From the NCBI GenBank assembly GCA_964434345.1, contig CAYSUY010000004.1:1-59217 (forward strand): a stretch of DNA of 59,217 nt, given 5' to 3'. The position numbers were made by a program, and so were the translations under genes. This document shows positions 39,328 through 48,706 of this stretch, piece after piece (position 1 is the first letter of the stretch; each line of letters begins with the position of its first letter). The notes under the pieces were generated by a model that worked only from the letters and a program-made list of their open reading frames with translations, ran no database searches and was not told where the DNA came from. Source of the stretch: an uncultured Acetobacteraceae bacterium (GTDB lineage: Bacteria > Pseudomonadota > Alphaproteobacteria > CACIAM-22H2).

Positions 39328-40029
39328 TCAGGGCGTCCGTCGTCCCAGCCGGCGCATCGCCTCCAGGCTCTCGATCATGGCTGCGGCATCGGCACCGCGC
39401 AGCTTGACGATCCGCAACCCCGCGGGCGGCTCGAACAGGGCGGCATCCACCGGGCCGATGCGGACATCGCGGAAGTCGATGCGGGTCCGCCCGCGCCGGC
39501 CGCGTGTCTCGCCCTCCCCGTCGATCCGCGCGATCACGCCCTGATCACTGACCCAGACGCGACCGCTGAACCCGCTGCCCGACCCGGCGCTGCGCTCGAC
39601 CCAGACGCGGGTCGTTTCCAGGCCATTCACGCGCTCCCTGCCCTCGCGGATCTGGATCACCCCGCCGCCGCCATTGCCGTCGAGCGCCTGCAGCGGAAGA
39701 TCCAGCGCCGACAGGTCGGTCTCGATCGCCATGCCGAGATCAGGCAGCGCGAGCCAGCCGATATTGCGATCCAGGCGCATGATCAGGGTCTGCCCTCTGC
39801 CGCCCGCCCCGCCTTCGTGCCGCAGCGCGCGACCCGAGCGCCAGAGCCGGCCCCGCGGCGCGTCCTCGGCCGCGCCGAGAACCGAACTCGCAGTGTAGTC
39901 GACCTTCAGGGCGAAGATGTCGGCCTGGGAACCGGCAGCGGCCGGCGCGGCCGCGCGCGCAGCCACCAGCGGATCGGCAAGGGCCGACAGGAAAAGCGAC
40001 GCGATCGCGGCGCGACGATGGATAGGCAT
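39328..40029 (-). CDS. Hypothetical exported protein (DUF4412/LolA-fold-like)
   Basis: RR-containing signal peptide; beta-strand pattern with G.ERVNG.ETTR, GRVWV...G and a terminal ALFEPPAG motif typical of LolA-like folds. Family call is inference. Confidence 0.65.
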   Translation of the reverse strand: MPIHRRAAIASLFLSALADPLVAARAAAPAAAGSQADIFALKVDYTASSVLGAAEDAPRGRLWRSGRALRHEGGAGGRGQTLIMRLDRNIGWLALPDLGMAIETDLSALDLPLQALDGNGGGGVIQIREGRERVNGLETTRVWVERSAGSGSGFSGRVWVSDQGVIARIDGEGETRGRRGRTRIDFRDVRIGPVDAALFEPPAGLRIVKLRGADAAAMIESLEAMRRLGRRTP

Positions 40030-40122
40030 GGGCCGAGCATCCAGAAAGGCGGTGGCGACACTGTGGCAGAACGCGACGCCCGCGGGCTATCTTCCACCTT
40101 GGAACGACAAGGAGACGACGCG

Positions 40123-40593
40123 ATGGCTGGCCAGATCGATGCGCGACTTTCGGAACTCGGGATCGTGCTGCCGAATCCTGCGGCACCGGCCGCCAACTAT
40201 GTGCCCTTCGTCCGCACCGGCAATCTCGTCTTCACCGCCGGTCAGGTGACCTTCGACGCCGCCGGCAAGCTGACCTTCGTCGGCAAGCTCGGTCGCGATT
40301 TCGGCATCGACGAGGGCTACCAGGCGGCACGGCTCTGCGCGATCAACGTCCTGGCGGCGCTGCGCCGCGCCTGCGACGGCGATCTCGACCGCGTGCAGCG
40401 CTGCGTCAAGATCGTCGGCTTCGTCAACGCGACGCCGGATTTCTCCGACCATCCGAAGGTGATCAACGGCGCCTCCGACCTCGTCGTCGCCGTGTTCGGC
40501 GACAAGGGGCGGCACGCCCGGTCGGCGATCGGCACGGGCTCCCTGCCGCTCGGCGTCGCCACGGAAGTCGAGGCGGTCTTCGAGATCGCCTGA
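40123..40593 (+). CDS. RidA/YjgF-family protein
   Basis: P.APAANYVP, GNLVFTAGQ, VKIVGFVNATPDF.DHPKVINGASDL, HARSAIG..SLP; AAGGAG SD. Confidence 0.93.
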   Translation: MAGQIDARLSELGIVLPNPAAPAANYVPFVRTGNLVFTAGQVTFDAAGKLTFVGKLGRDFGIDEGYQAARLCAINVLAALRRACDGDLDRVQRCVKIVGFVNATPDFSDHPKVINGASDLVVAVFGDKGRHARSAIGTGSLPLGVATEVEAVFEIA

Positions 40594-40606
40594 CCGCCGC
40601 GCCGGC

Positions 40607-41767
40607 ATGGCCGCAGAGGACGCGACGCCCACTCTATCGGTCGTGGCGGGGATCGACCGGATCCCTGCCGCCGCGTGGGATCGCTGCGCGGGCACCGACA
40701 ATCCCTTCGTCAGCCACGCCTTCCTGCTCGCCCTCGAGGATTCGGGTTCGGTCGGAGAACGCACCGGCTGGCGACCTTCCCATGCGATCCTGCGCGATTC
40801 CGCCGGAACGGTAGTCGGCTGCGCACCGCTCTACCTCAAGGGGCATTCCTACGGCGAATACGTCTTCGACCATGGCTGGGCGGAGGCGTATCAACGAGCC
40901 GGCGGTCGTTACTACCCGAAGCTGCAACTCGCGGTTCCCTTCTCGCCCGTGCCAGGACCACGACTGCTGCTCGCCTCGCCCGGCGACGACGCGCTGCGGC
41001 GCGTCTTCGCGCGCGGCCTCGTCGACCTCGCCCGCGAGACCGGCGTGTCCTCGCTGCACGCGACGTTCTGCGCGGCCGCCGACATCGCCGCCTTCCGAGA
41101 CGCCGGCATGCTGGTCCGCACGGGTTTCCAGTTCCACTGGGAGAATCGCGGCTACGCCGATTTCGAAGCGTTCCTCGCCGCGCTCAATCACGGCAAGCGC
41201 AAGGCGATCCGCAAGGAACGCAGGGACGTCGCCGCCAGCGGAGTCGAACTCGTCACATTGACCGCCGATGCGATCGAGCCCGCCCACTGGGACGCATTCT
41301 TCGCCTTCTACGTCTCGACCTCGGACCGCAAATGGGGGCATCCCTATCTCACGCGCGCCTTCTTCGACCGGCTGCACGCGACCATGCGCGCGCGCGTCGT
41401 GCTGGTCCTCGCCCGCCATGGCGGCGAATGGGTCGCCGGCGCGCTGAACCTGCTGGGCGCGGACACGCTCTACGGCCGCAACTGGGGAGCGAACGCCGCG
41501 TTCAAGAATCTGCATTTCGAGGCCTGCTACTACCGGGCACTCGACTTCGCGATCGCGCATGGCCTGGCGCGGGTCGAAGCCGGGGCGCAGGGCGAGCACA
41601 AGCTGCAGCGCGGCTATCTGCCGGCGCGTATCTTCAGCGCGCACTGGCTGCGCGACCGCGGCTTCGCCGACGCGGTCGCGGACTTCCTCGAACGCGAGAC
41701 CCCCGCGGTCGAGGAAACGATCGCCGCGCTCGCCGCGCACACGCCGTTCAAGGCCGCGGGCGTCTAG
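40607..41767 (+). CDS. GNAT/FemAB-like protein (DUF482 type)
   Basis: NPFVSHAFL.ALE.SGS, LYLKGHSYGEYVFDHGWA, YYPKL, LYGRNWG, LHFEACYY, EAGAQGEHKL.RGY. Confidence 0.92.
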   Translation: MAAEDATPTLSVVAGIDRIPAAAWDRCAGTDNPFVSHAFLLALEDSGSVGERTGWRPSHAILRDSAGTVVGCAPLYLKGHSYGEYVFDHGWAEAYQRAGGRYYPKLQLAVPFSPVPGPRLLLASPGDDALRRVFARGLVDLARETGVSSLHATFCAAADIAAFRDAGMLVRTGFQFHWENRGYADFEAFLAALNHGKRKAIRKERRDVAASGVELVTLTADAIEPAHWDAFFAFYVSTSDRKWGHPYLTRAFFDRLHATMRARVVLVLARHGGEWVAGALNLLGADTLYGRNWGANAAFKNLHFEACYYRALDFAIAHGLARVEAGAQGEHKLQRGYLPARIFSAHWLRDRGFADAVADFLERETPAVEETIAALAAHTPFKAAGV

Positions 41768-42912
41768 GCCAGGTCCAGGCGCAGAACCGTGCCGTCCGTC
41801 GAATCGATCGCGAGGTAGAGTCGTCCGTCGAGGCCCTGACGGACGTCACGGATGCGGTGCCCGAGACGGTTCAACACGCGCTCCTCCCGCACCACGCGCT
41901 CGCCGCTCACCTGAAGCCGCATGAGCGCCTGGCCAGTCAAGGCGCCCACGAACAGGTCGCCGCGCCAGCCCGGATAGGCCGTGCCGGTGCAAAAGGCCAT
42001 GCCGGAGGGCGCGATCGAGGGCGTCCAGACCCACAGCGGATCTATCGCATCCGGCAGGCTGCGATGCGGCGAAATGGTCGCCCCGGAATAATCGACGCCA
42101 TGAGTGGCCCGCGGCCAGCCGTAATCGCCACCCGCCACGAGCCGGTTGATCTCGTCGCCACCCCGCGGTCCATGCTCGTGCAGCCAGAGCGCGCCGCTTT
42201 GCGGATGGATCGCAAGTCCCTGCGGGTTGCGGTGCCCAAGCGTGAACACTTCGCCGCGCGCGCCCGGGCGGCCGCGGAAGGGATTGTCGGCAGGGATGGC
42301 GCCATCGTCATGCAACCGGATCGTCTTGCCCCGGGCATCGGCGGGATCAGGGGCGGCGTCGCGCGCGACGAGGCGATCGCCGAGCGTGGCGTGCAGCATG
42401 CCGTCGGGCGCGAAAGCGAGCCGGCAGCCGAAATGGAACCCGTTGGCGATGGGCGGTCCGGCATCGAAGATCGGCGTGAGATCGGCAAGTCGCGAACCCG
42501 GGCGGAGCGTCGCGCGTGCGATCCGGGTCAAGGCCCCGCCGGCGACGGGCGCGGCGTAGGACAGGTAGAGACTGGAGTTGGCGGCAAAATCCGGATGCAG
42601 GCAGACATCGAGCAGGCCGCCCTGCCCCTGCGCCCAAACCGGCGGCAGGCCGGCAACGCGCTCCGCCCGCCCGTCGCGGGCGATCAGCAGCAACCTGCCG
42701 ACGCGCTCGGTGACCAGCATGCGACCATCGGGCAGGAACGCGATCGACCACGGCGATTCGAGGCCTGTGGCGACGGGCACGGGGCGCAGGCGCGCGGCGA
42801 GACCGACCGGCTGGGATCGCCCGGCCTGGGGGGTGCTGGCGGCGGCAGCAGCCATGCCGGCCAGCGCCGCCCGCCGTCCAAGCCGCGGCATCGCGCGCCT
42901 CTGGTGCGTCAC
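41764..42912 (-). CDS. PQQ-dependent aldose sugar dehydrogenase (GSDH family), Tat-type signal
   Basis: GLESPWSIAFLPDG, GQGGLLD, HFGCRL, GHRNPQG, EHGPRGGDEIN, SIAPSG, RIRDV.QG.DG. Confidence 0.92.
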   Translation of the reverse strand: MTHQRRAMPRLGRRAALAGMAAAAASTPQAGRSQPVGLAARLRPVPVATGLESPWSIAFLPDGRMLVTERVGRLLLIARDGRAERVAGLPPVWAQGQGGLLDVCLHPDFAANSSLYLSYAAPVAGGALTRIARATLRPGSRLADLTPIFDAGPPIANGFHFGCRLAFAPDGMLHATLGDRLVARDAAPDPADARGKTIRLHDDGAIPADNPFRGRPGARGEVFTLGHRNPQGLAIHPQSGALWLHEHGPRGGDEINRLVAGGDYGWPRATHGVDYSGATISPHRSLPDAIDPLWVWTPSIAPSGMAFCTGTAYPGWRGDLFVGALTGQALMRLQVSGERVVREERVLNRLGHRIRDVRQGLDGRLYLAIDSTDGTVLRLDLA

Positions 42913-45257
42913 TCGACCAGCGCGGTCTCGCTTGGCTTCGGCAGCGCGGGCGGCGGCACGACGGTGAAATCGAAGCTCAGCTTGCCGTTCTCGACCTTGA
43001 CCCGGACGCTGCCGCCCTTCGCGAGACGTCCGAACAGCAATTCGTCGGCGAGCGGCTTCTTGATGTTCTCCTGGATCACACGCGCCAGAGGCCGCGCGCC
43101 GTAGAGCTCGTCATAGCCTTTTTCGGCGAGCCAAGTGCGGGCCTCGTCGGAGACGGAGATCGCGACCTGGCGGTCGGCAAGCTGACGCTCGAGTTCGAGC
43201 ACGAACTTGTCGACGACGCGGTGGATGGTCTCCGGCTTGAGGCGGCTGAAGGCGACGATCGCGTCCAGACGGTTGCGGAATTCCGGCGTGAACATCCGGT
43301 TGATCGCGTCGACGTCCTCGCCGATCCGCGTCTCCTGGCCGAAACCGATCGCCGGCTTCGCCATGTCGGCGGCGCCGGCGTTCGTGGTCATGATCAGGAT
43401 CACGTTCCGGAAATCGACCGTCTTGCCGTTATGGTCGGTCAGCTTCCCGTGATCCATGACCTGCAGCAGGATGTTGAAGAGGTCGGGATGCGCCTTCTCG
43501 ATCTCGTCGAGCAGAAGCACGCAATGCGGATGCTGATCGATCGCGTCGGTCAGCAGCCCGCCCTGGTCGAAACCGACATAGCCAGGCGGTGCGCCGATCA
43601 GCCGCGAGACGGTGTGTCTCTCCATGTATTCGGACATGTCGAAACGCTTGAGTTCGACGCCCAGCGTCTTGGCGAGCTGACGCGCGACCTCGGTCTTGCC
43701 GACACCGGTCGGGCCGGAGAACAGATAGGAACCGATCGGCTTCTCCGCGTCGCGCAGCCCGGCGCGGGAGAGCTTGATCGCGGCGGCGAGCGCCTCGATC
43801 GCCGGATCCTGGCCGTAGACGACGCGCCTGAGTTCCGCCTCCAGCGTCTGCAGCGTCTCGCGATCGTCGGTCGAGACCGATTTCGGAGGGATGCGGGCGA
43901 TCTTCGCCACCACCGCCTCGACGTCCTTCACCGCGATGACGCGCTTGCGCTTGCCCGGCGGCAGCAGCATCTGCGCCGCCCCGACCTCGTCGATCACGTC
44001 GATCGCCTTGTCCGGCAGCTTGCGATCGTTGATGTAGCGCGCGGAGAGCTCCACCGCGGCGCGCACCGCATCGCCCGTGTACCGGACATGGTGATGCGCT
44101 TCGTAATAGGGCTTGAGACCCTTGACGATGCGGATCGTGTCCTCGACCGACGGCTCGTTGACGTCGATCTTCTGGAACCGGCGCACAAGCGCGCGGTCCT
44201 TCTCGAAATGCGTGCGGTATTCCTTGTAGGTCGTCGACCCGATGCAGCGCAGACCACCAGAGGCGAGCGCCGGCTTGAGCAGGTTCGAGGCATCCATGGA
44301 TCCGCCCGAGGTCGCGCCCGCGCCGATGACCGTATGGATCTCGTCGATGAAGAGGATCGCGTTGGGTTGCTGCTCGATTTCCGCGAGCACGGCCTTGAGC
44401 CGTTCCTCGAAATCGCCGCGATAGCGGGTTCCGGCGAGCAGCGTGCCCATGTCGAGCGAGTAGATCACCGCCTCGCGCAGCACCTCGGGCACCTCGCCCT
44501 TGACGATCTTGCGCGCCAGCCCCTCGGCGATCGCCGTCTTGCCGACGCCGGGATCGCCGACATAGAGCGGGTTGTTCTTGAAGCGGCGACAGAGGATCTG
44601 GATCGTCCGCTCGACCTCGGCGGCACGTCCGATCAGAGGGTCGATCTTGCCTTGGGAAGCCTTCTTGTTGAGGTTGACGCAATAGGCCGCGAGCGCATCC
44701 TGCTGGCGCTTTCCGCCGTTCTGCTTTTCCGCGCCGCGGTCGCCACCGCGTTCGCCGCCACGCTCGCCACCTGCGGCGGCATCGTCATCGGCGCCACGCA
44801 CGCGGCGTGTCTCCTGCCGCCCGGGAACCTTGGCCACGCCGTGCGAGATGTAGTTGACCGCGTCGAGCCGCGACATGTCCTGCTCCTGCAGGAAATACAC
44901 GGCGTGGCTCTCGCGCTCCGAGAACATGGCGACCAGGACGTTGGCGCCGCTGACTTCCTCGCGTCCCGAGGACTGGACATGGATCGCGGCGCGTTGAAGC
45001 ACGCGCTGGAAGCCGGCCGTCGGCTTCGCCTCTCCGCCCCGGTTGGACACGAGACCGCGAAGTTCGGTGTCGAGATAGGTGCGCAGATCGGATTGCAGCT
45101 TGTCGATGTCGACGCCGCAGGCCTTGAGCACCGCGACGGCGTCTTCGTCCTCGCACAGCGCCATCAGCAGATGCTCGAGCGTCGCGTATTCGTGGCGGCG
45201 TTCGTTGGCCAGCGCCAGGGCGCGGTGCAAGGTCTGTTCGAGGTTCCGCGAGAGCAT
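42909..45257 (-). CDS. clpA: ATP-dependent Clp protease ATP-binding subunit ClpA
   Basis: RHEYATLEHLL N-domain; Walker A GDPGVGKT and GPTGVGKT; IDEIH and LDEIEK Walker B; YGARPL. Confidence 0.98.
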   Translation of the reverse strand: MLSRNLEQTLHRALALANERRHEYATLEHLLMALCEDEDAVAVLKACGVDIDKLQSDLRTYLDTELRGLVSNRGGEAKPTAGFQRVLQRAAIHVQSSGREEVSGANVLVAMFSERESHAVYFLQEQDMSRLDAVNYISHGVAKVPGRQETRRVRGADDDAAAGGERGGERGGDRGAEKQNGGKRQQDALAAYCVNLNKKASQGKIDPLIGRAAEVERTIQILCRRFKNNPLYVGDPGVGKTAIAEGLARKIVKGEVPEVLREAVIYSLDMGTLLAGTRYRGDFEERLKAVLAEIEQQPNAILFIDEIHTVIGAGATSGGSMDASNLLKPALASGGLRCIGSTTYKEYRTHFEKDRALVRRFQKIDVNEPSVEDTIRIVKGLKPYYEAHHHVRYTGDAVRAAVELSARYINDRKLPDKAIDVIDEVGAAQMLLPPGKRKRVIAVKDVEAVVAKIARIPPKSVSTDDRETLQTLEAELRRVVYGQDPAIEALAAAIKLSRAGLRDAEKPIGSYLFSGPTGVGKTEVARQLAKTLGVELKRFDMSEYMERHTVSRLIGAPPGYVGFDQGGLLTDAIDQHPHCVLLLDEIEKAHPDLFNILLQVMDHGKLTDHNGKTVDFRNVILIMTTNAGAADMAKPAIGFGQETRIGEDVDAINRMFTPEFRNRLDAIVAFSRLKPETIHRVVDKFVLELERQLADRQVAISVSDEARTWLAEKGYDELYGARPLARVIQENIKKPLADELLFGRLAKGGSVRVKVENGKLSFDFTVVPPPALPKPSETALVE

Positions 45258-45386
45258 GCCGCTGAGGCTCCGTTCCGGGGACGCGCCCGCCGCGACGGCG
45301 GCGGCCCGCCCGTATGATGATCGAGACTAACAGAAGATGGGGCGTGCCCGACGATGGAAAAGGGCGATCCCCTGGGACGGCACGGT

Positions 45387-45713
45387 TCAGTCCTTCTCGA
45401 GGGTGCAGCGCAGCGGGTGCTGGTTGCGGCGGGCGAACTCCGTGACCTGGTTCACCTTGGTCTCCGCGACCTCGTAGGTGAACACGCCGCACACGCCGAC
45501 GCCCCGCCGGTGGACGTGGAGCATGATCTGCGTCGCCTCCTCCCGGTTCTTCGAGAAGAAGCGTTCGAGGACATGCACGACGAACTCCATCGGCGTGTAG
45601 TCGTCGTTGAGCATCAGCACCTTGTACATGGACGGCTTGCGCGTCCGCGTCTGGGTCTGAAGCGCCCCGCCCGCATGGTCGCCATCGTCGCGGTCTGGAT
45701 CGTCGTCGCTCAT
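45387..45713 (-). CDS. clpS: N-degron adaptor ClpS
   Basis: [42 protein letters not shown]. Confidence 0.98.
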   Translation of the reverse strand: MSDDDPDRDDGDHAGGALQTQTRTRKPSMYKVLMLNDDYTPMEFVVHVLERFFSKNREEATQIMLHVHRRGVGVCGVFTYEVAETKVNQVTEFARRNQHPLRCTLEKD

Positions 45714-45813
45714 GGCCCGGTCTTGGAGGGATAAGGGGAGCGTGATGATATTGGACGGCGACGGCCGATGGAAAGGCCCGGACCGCCGATCGGGTCCTGC
45801 CCTCGAACGACGA

Positions 45814-45845
45814 AGGGCCCGGGCCGCTTTCGCGACCCGGGCCCT
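45814..45845 (-). terminator. GC-rich hairpin downstream of the phasin gene (possible terminator or stability element)
   Basis: Minus strand AGGGCCCGGGTCGC-GAAA-GCGGCCCGGGCCCT; weak U-tract. Confidence 0.5.
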
Positions 45846-45867
45846 GTCAGCCGGTGACCGGAAACGT

Positions 45868-46443
45868 TCAGGCGGCGACGGGCTTGAACATCTTCTCGAC
45901 GCTCACGTTCATGCGCGCGGCGATCGGCTCCATGGCATCGTTCGCCACCTTCACCACGGTCTCCGAGATCTTCGTGCTCTCGGCGACGAACTTGTCGAAA
46001 TTGCCCTTGGCGAGGTCGGTCTGAAGATCGACGGCCTCACGCAGGCTCTTGACCCCGACGAGCGCCTTGGCGGCGCTGGCGGCGTTCTCCATCGACTCCT
46101 GGGCAAAGCCCATCCAGGCCTTGCCGATCACCTCGGCGCCCTTCGCCCAGATCTGCGAGGACGCGACCATCGCATCCCAGTTGTCCTTCTGGAGTTTCGA
46201 GATCTCCTCGAAGGACTTGTAGGCGGTCTGCTGGGCCTTCTCGATATGCTCGCGCGCGACAGAGCCGACGGCATCGAAAGAGGTCTGGTTCATGGTCGGG
46301 GTTCCTTTCGGGAAAGTGGGTTCGGTTTCGGGGGTCGGGATCGTGGTCGTCGTCGCTGCCTGGGGCGCCGGCTGCGGGACGGGCATGCGCGCCGTCTTTC
46401 GACCGGATCCGGGACGTCGCGCTGCCGTGTCTTTCGCGCTCAT
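45868..46443 (-). CDS. phaP: Phasin (PHA granule-associated protein)
   Basis: Helical phasin pattern ([14 protein letters not shown]...[35 protein letters not shown]...EPIAAR). AGGAG SD at the 46443 start; alternative start at 46293. Confidence 0.88.
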   Translation of the reverse strand: MSAKDTAARRPGSGRKTARMPVPQPAPQAATTTTIPTPETEPTFPKGTPTMNQTSFDAVGSVAREHIEKAQQTAYKSFEEISKLQKDNWDAMVASSQIWAKGAEVIGKAWMGFAQESMENAASAAKALVGVKSLREAVDLQTDLAKGNFDKFVAESTKISETVVKVANDAMEPIAARMNVSVEKMFKPVAA

Positions 46444-46466
46444 CCTGTTCGCTCCTCGCTGACTGA

Positions 46467-46538
46467 TTGTGCGGTGCAACAAGGCCAATATAAGCGCCGC
46501 AATATTCCGGTCAACAGGAAATTTGTGCGCCGCACAAA
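46467..46538. promoter_or_regulatory. PhaR/AniA-type operator sites (TGC-N3-GCA)
   Basis: TGCGGTGCA at 46470-46478 and TGCGCCGCACAA at 46526-46537, the latter inside the palindrome TTTGTGCG-C-CGCACAAA; directly upstream of the phasin. Confidence 0.7.
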
Positions 46539-46539
46539 A

Positions 46540-47241
46540 TCACAGGAACCGTGGCACGCCCCACAATCGCCCGCCTCGCACGACCAGTTCGAAGGCGCCC
46601 GCGCGCGCCCGGCCGCGCTCGCTGGGCGACTCGCCATAGTCGAGCAGGCGCTGGGCCGGATCGACCCGCCGCGGCGGGTTCACGGGAACGCCGGTGGCGT
46701 CAGCCGCGAAGAGCAGGCGATCGAAGCCCAGGCTGGCGAAGGCCGGATCATCCCGCCTCCAGGCGTTGAGCGCCCAGACGCCATCGACGCAGGCCGTCAC
46801 GAGCCAATAGAAATCGAACGACTGAAGGCGCAATCCATCGGCCGGCGGGCGCGCGAAGCCGGCCGCATCGAGGGCACCGGCGAGCGAACGGAATGCCTCG
46901 GGTTCAAGCCGGGTCTCGGACGAGTCGCTGCCGCCGCCGAACACATAGGTCTGGAGAATGCGCGGCGCGCCGCGGATCACGGTGCTGCGGATGGTCGCGG
47001 CCGGCGCCGTCCCCGGCGCGGCGGCGGTCACGTCGTAGAGGCGGACCTGCTCCTCCCAGACGGCGTTGTAGACGAACCGGTAGCGCGCAGGTGCGCCGGC
47101 GGTGCAGGCAGCCCGCAGATCCTCGCCGCCGGCGATCGCGTACCAGCCGATGTTGCGGCGCAGGGGATCGCTCGCCGGCCGCTCGCCGAGCGCACAACCG
47201 GACAGCGTCAGGATGACGACGGACAGGATCGCGAGGCGCAT
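46540..47241 (-). CDS. Hypothetical lipoprotein
   Basis: MRLAILSVVILTLSGC lipobox; GGAG SD; GC-rich coding-type third positions; two further Cys. Confidence 0.8.
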   Translation of the reverse strand: MRLAILSVVILTLSGCALGERPASDPLRRNIGWYAIAGGEDLRAACTAGAPARYRFVYNAVWEEQVRLYDVTAAAPGTAPAATIRSTVIRGAPRILQTYVFGGGSDSSETRLEPEAFRSLAGALDAAGFARPPADGLRLQSFDFYWLVTACVDGVWALNAWRRDDPAFASLGFDRLLFAADATGVPVNPPRRVDPAQRLLDYGESPSERGRARAGAFELVVRGGRLWGVPRFL

Positions 47242-47395
47242 CGGATACTCCTCCCAAGAGAGGTGAAGGAACGCGGGGCAAATCTCTGGCGAATCGGAAT
47301 TCGTTCTGGACAAGGACGAATCACCGACCCTAGTTTTCCACAGTCTGAAGCGGGTTTTGCGGCGATACCATGGTGTGTTTCGGGGTGGCAGCGAC

Positions 47396-48706
47396 ATGAT
47401 GGCGAAGACCCCGGCCAGGTTGATGGTCGTGCTGGCATTGATCGCCGGGTTTCTGTGCGGTGACGACGCCTGGGGCGCCGCCAAGCCGCGCACGCCTGCG
47501 AAGCCTCGCTACGCCGCGATCGTGGTCGACGCCCAGTCCGGCGAGGTGCTGCACGCCGAGAATGCCGACGCGCAGCGCTACCCGGCATCGCTGACGAAGA
47601 TGATGACCCTGTTCATGATCTTCGAGGCGATCGACCGGAAGAAGATCCGCTTCGACACCGAGTGGCGCGTGTCCGCCTTCGCCGCCGGCCAGAGCCCGAC
47701 CAAGCTTGGGCTTCAGGCCGGGCGTACCATCGCCGTGCGCGATGTCGTGCTCGGGCTGATCACGAAATCCGCCAACGACGCGGCGGTGGTCGCCGCCGAA
47801 AATCTCGGCGGCACCGAACCCGCCTTCGCCGAATTGATGACGGAGCGTGCCCATCGCCTGGGCATGTCGCGCACCACCTTCCGCAATGCCTCCGGGCTGC
47901 CGCATCCAGGCCAGCAGACGACGGCGACTGACCTGGCGCGGCTTGCCCGCGCGATGATCAGGACCTTCCCGCACCACTACCATCTCTTCGCGACCACCCA
48001 ATTCGCCTATGGCGGCATCACCCACCACAACCATAACCGCTTCATGAACTGGTACGATGGCGCGGATGGCCTGAAGACGGGCTACATCCACGCCTCGGGG
48101 TTCAATCTCGCGGCCTCGGCGCTGCGCCAGGACCGGCGGCTCGTCGGCGTCGTCATGGGGGGGCCATCCCCGGGCTGGCGCGACGACCGCATGGGCGAGA
48201 TCCTGGATGCGGCCTTCGCCCGCCGTCCCAAGGACCGCAAGCCTGGCGCCCCCGTCCTCGAGGCCGAGCAGCGACCGGCGCGCAACGCGCCCGGAACCGA
48301 ACTGGCGGCGCATGTCGATGGTACGGCTGCGGCCCAGGCGCGCAAGCCCATGTCGTCCGGCCAGGCAGCGCCCCACCGGTCGGGCTGGTCGATCCAGGTC
48401 GGCGCCTATGCCGAACTGGATCAGGCCCAGCGCGCCATCCAGCAGGCGCGCAAGCTCGCGCCCACACCGCTTCAGGCATCGGCGACCGACATCCAGAAGA
48501 TCGGTGGCAAGGGGCGTGATGCGAATCTGCTCCGCGCCCGCCTGACGGGGCTTACGTCCAAAGCCGCGCGCGACGCCTGCGAGGCGCTGAAAAGTCGGCG
48601 CCAGGCGTGCCTTGTGGTCGGCCCGTCCGTCGCGCAGTCATCCTCCCCCCCAACGGTGGCGGCGCAACCATCCGCCGCCGCGGGGACCGCCCGCCCCGGA
48701 GGCTGA
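47396..48706 (+). CDS. D-alanyl-D-alanine carboxypeptidase (S11) with C-terminal SPOR domain
   Basis: YPASLTKMMT (SxxK), KSAND (SxN), GLKTGY (KTG); C-terminal WSIQVGAY SPOR-like domain. Confidence 0.93.
   Translation: MMAKTPARLMVVLALIAGFLCGDDAWGAAKPRTPAKPRYAAIVVDAQSGEVLHAENADAQRYPASLTKMMTLFMIFEAIDRKKIRFDTEWRVSAFAAGQSPTKLGLQAGRTIAVRDVVLGLITKSANDAAVVAAENLGGTEPAFAELMTERAHRLGMSRTTFRNASGLPHPGQQTTATDLARLARAMIRTFPHHYHLFATTQFAYGGITHHNHNRFMNWYDGADGLKTGYIHASGFNLAASALRQDRRLVGVVMGGPSPGWRDDRMGEILDAAFARRPKDRKPGAPVLEAEQRPARNAPGTELAAHVDGTAAAQARKPMSSGQAAPHRSGWSIQVGAYAELDQAQRAIQQARKLAPTPLQASATDIQKIGGKGRDANLLRARLTGLTSKAARDACEALKSRRQACLVVGPSVAQSSSPPTVAAQPSAAAGTARPGG

Noticed and set aside
45740-45780. RpoH (sigma32) promoter upstream of clpS
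   Set aside because: CCAATAT resembles the -10, but the -35 (CTTTCC) is a poor match to CTTGAA.
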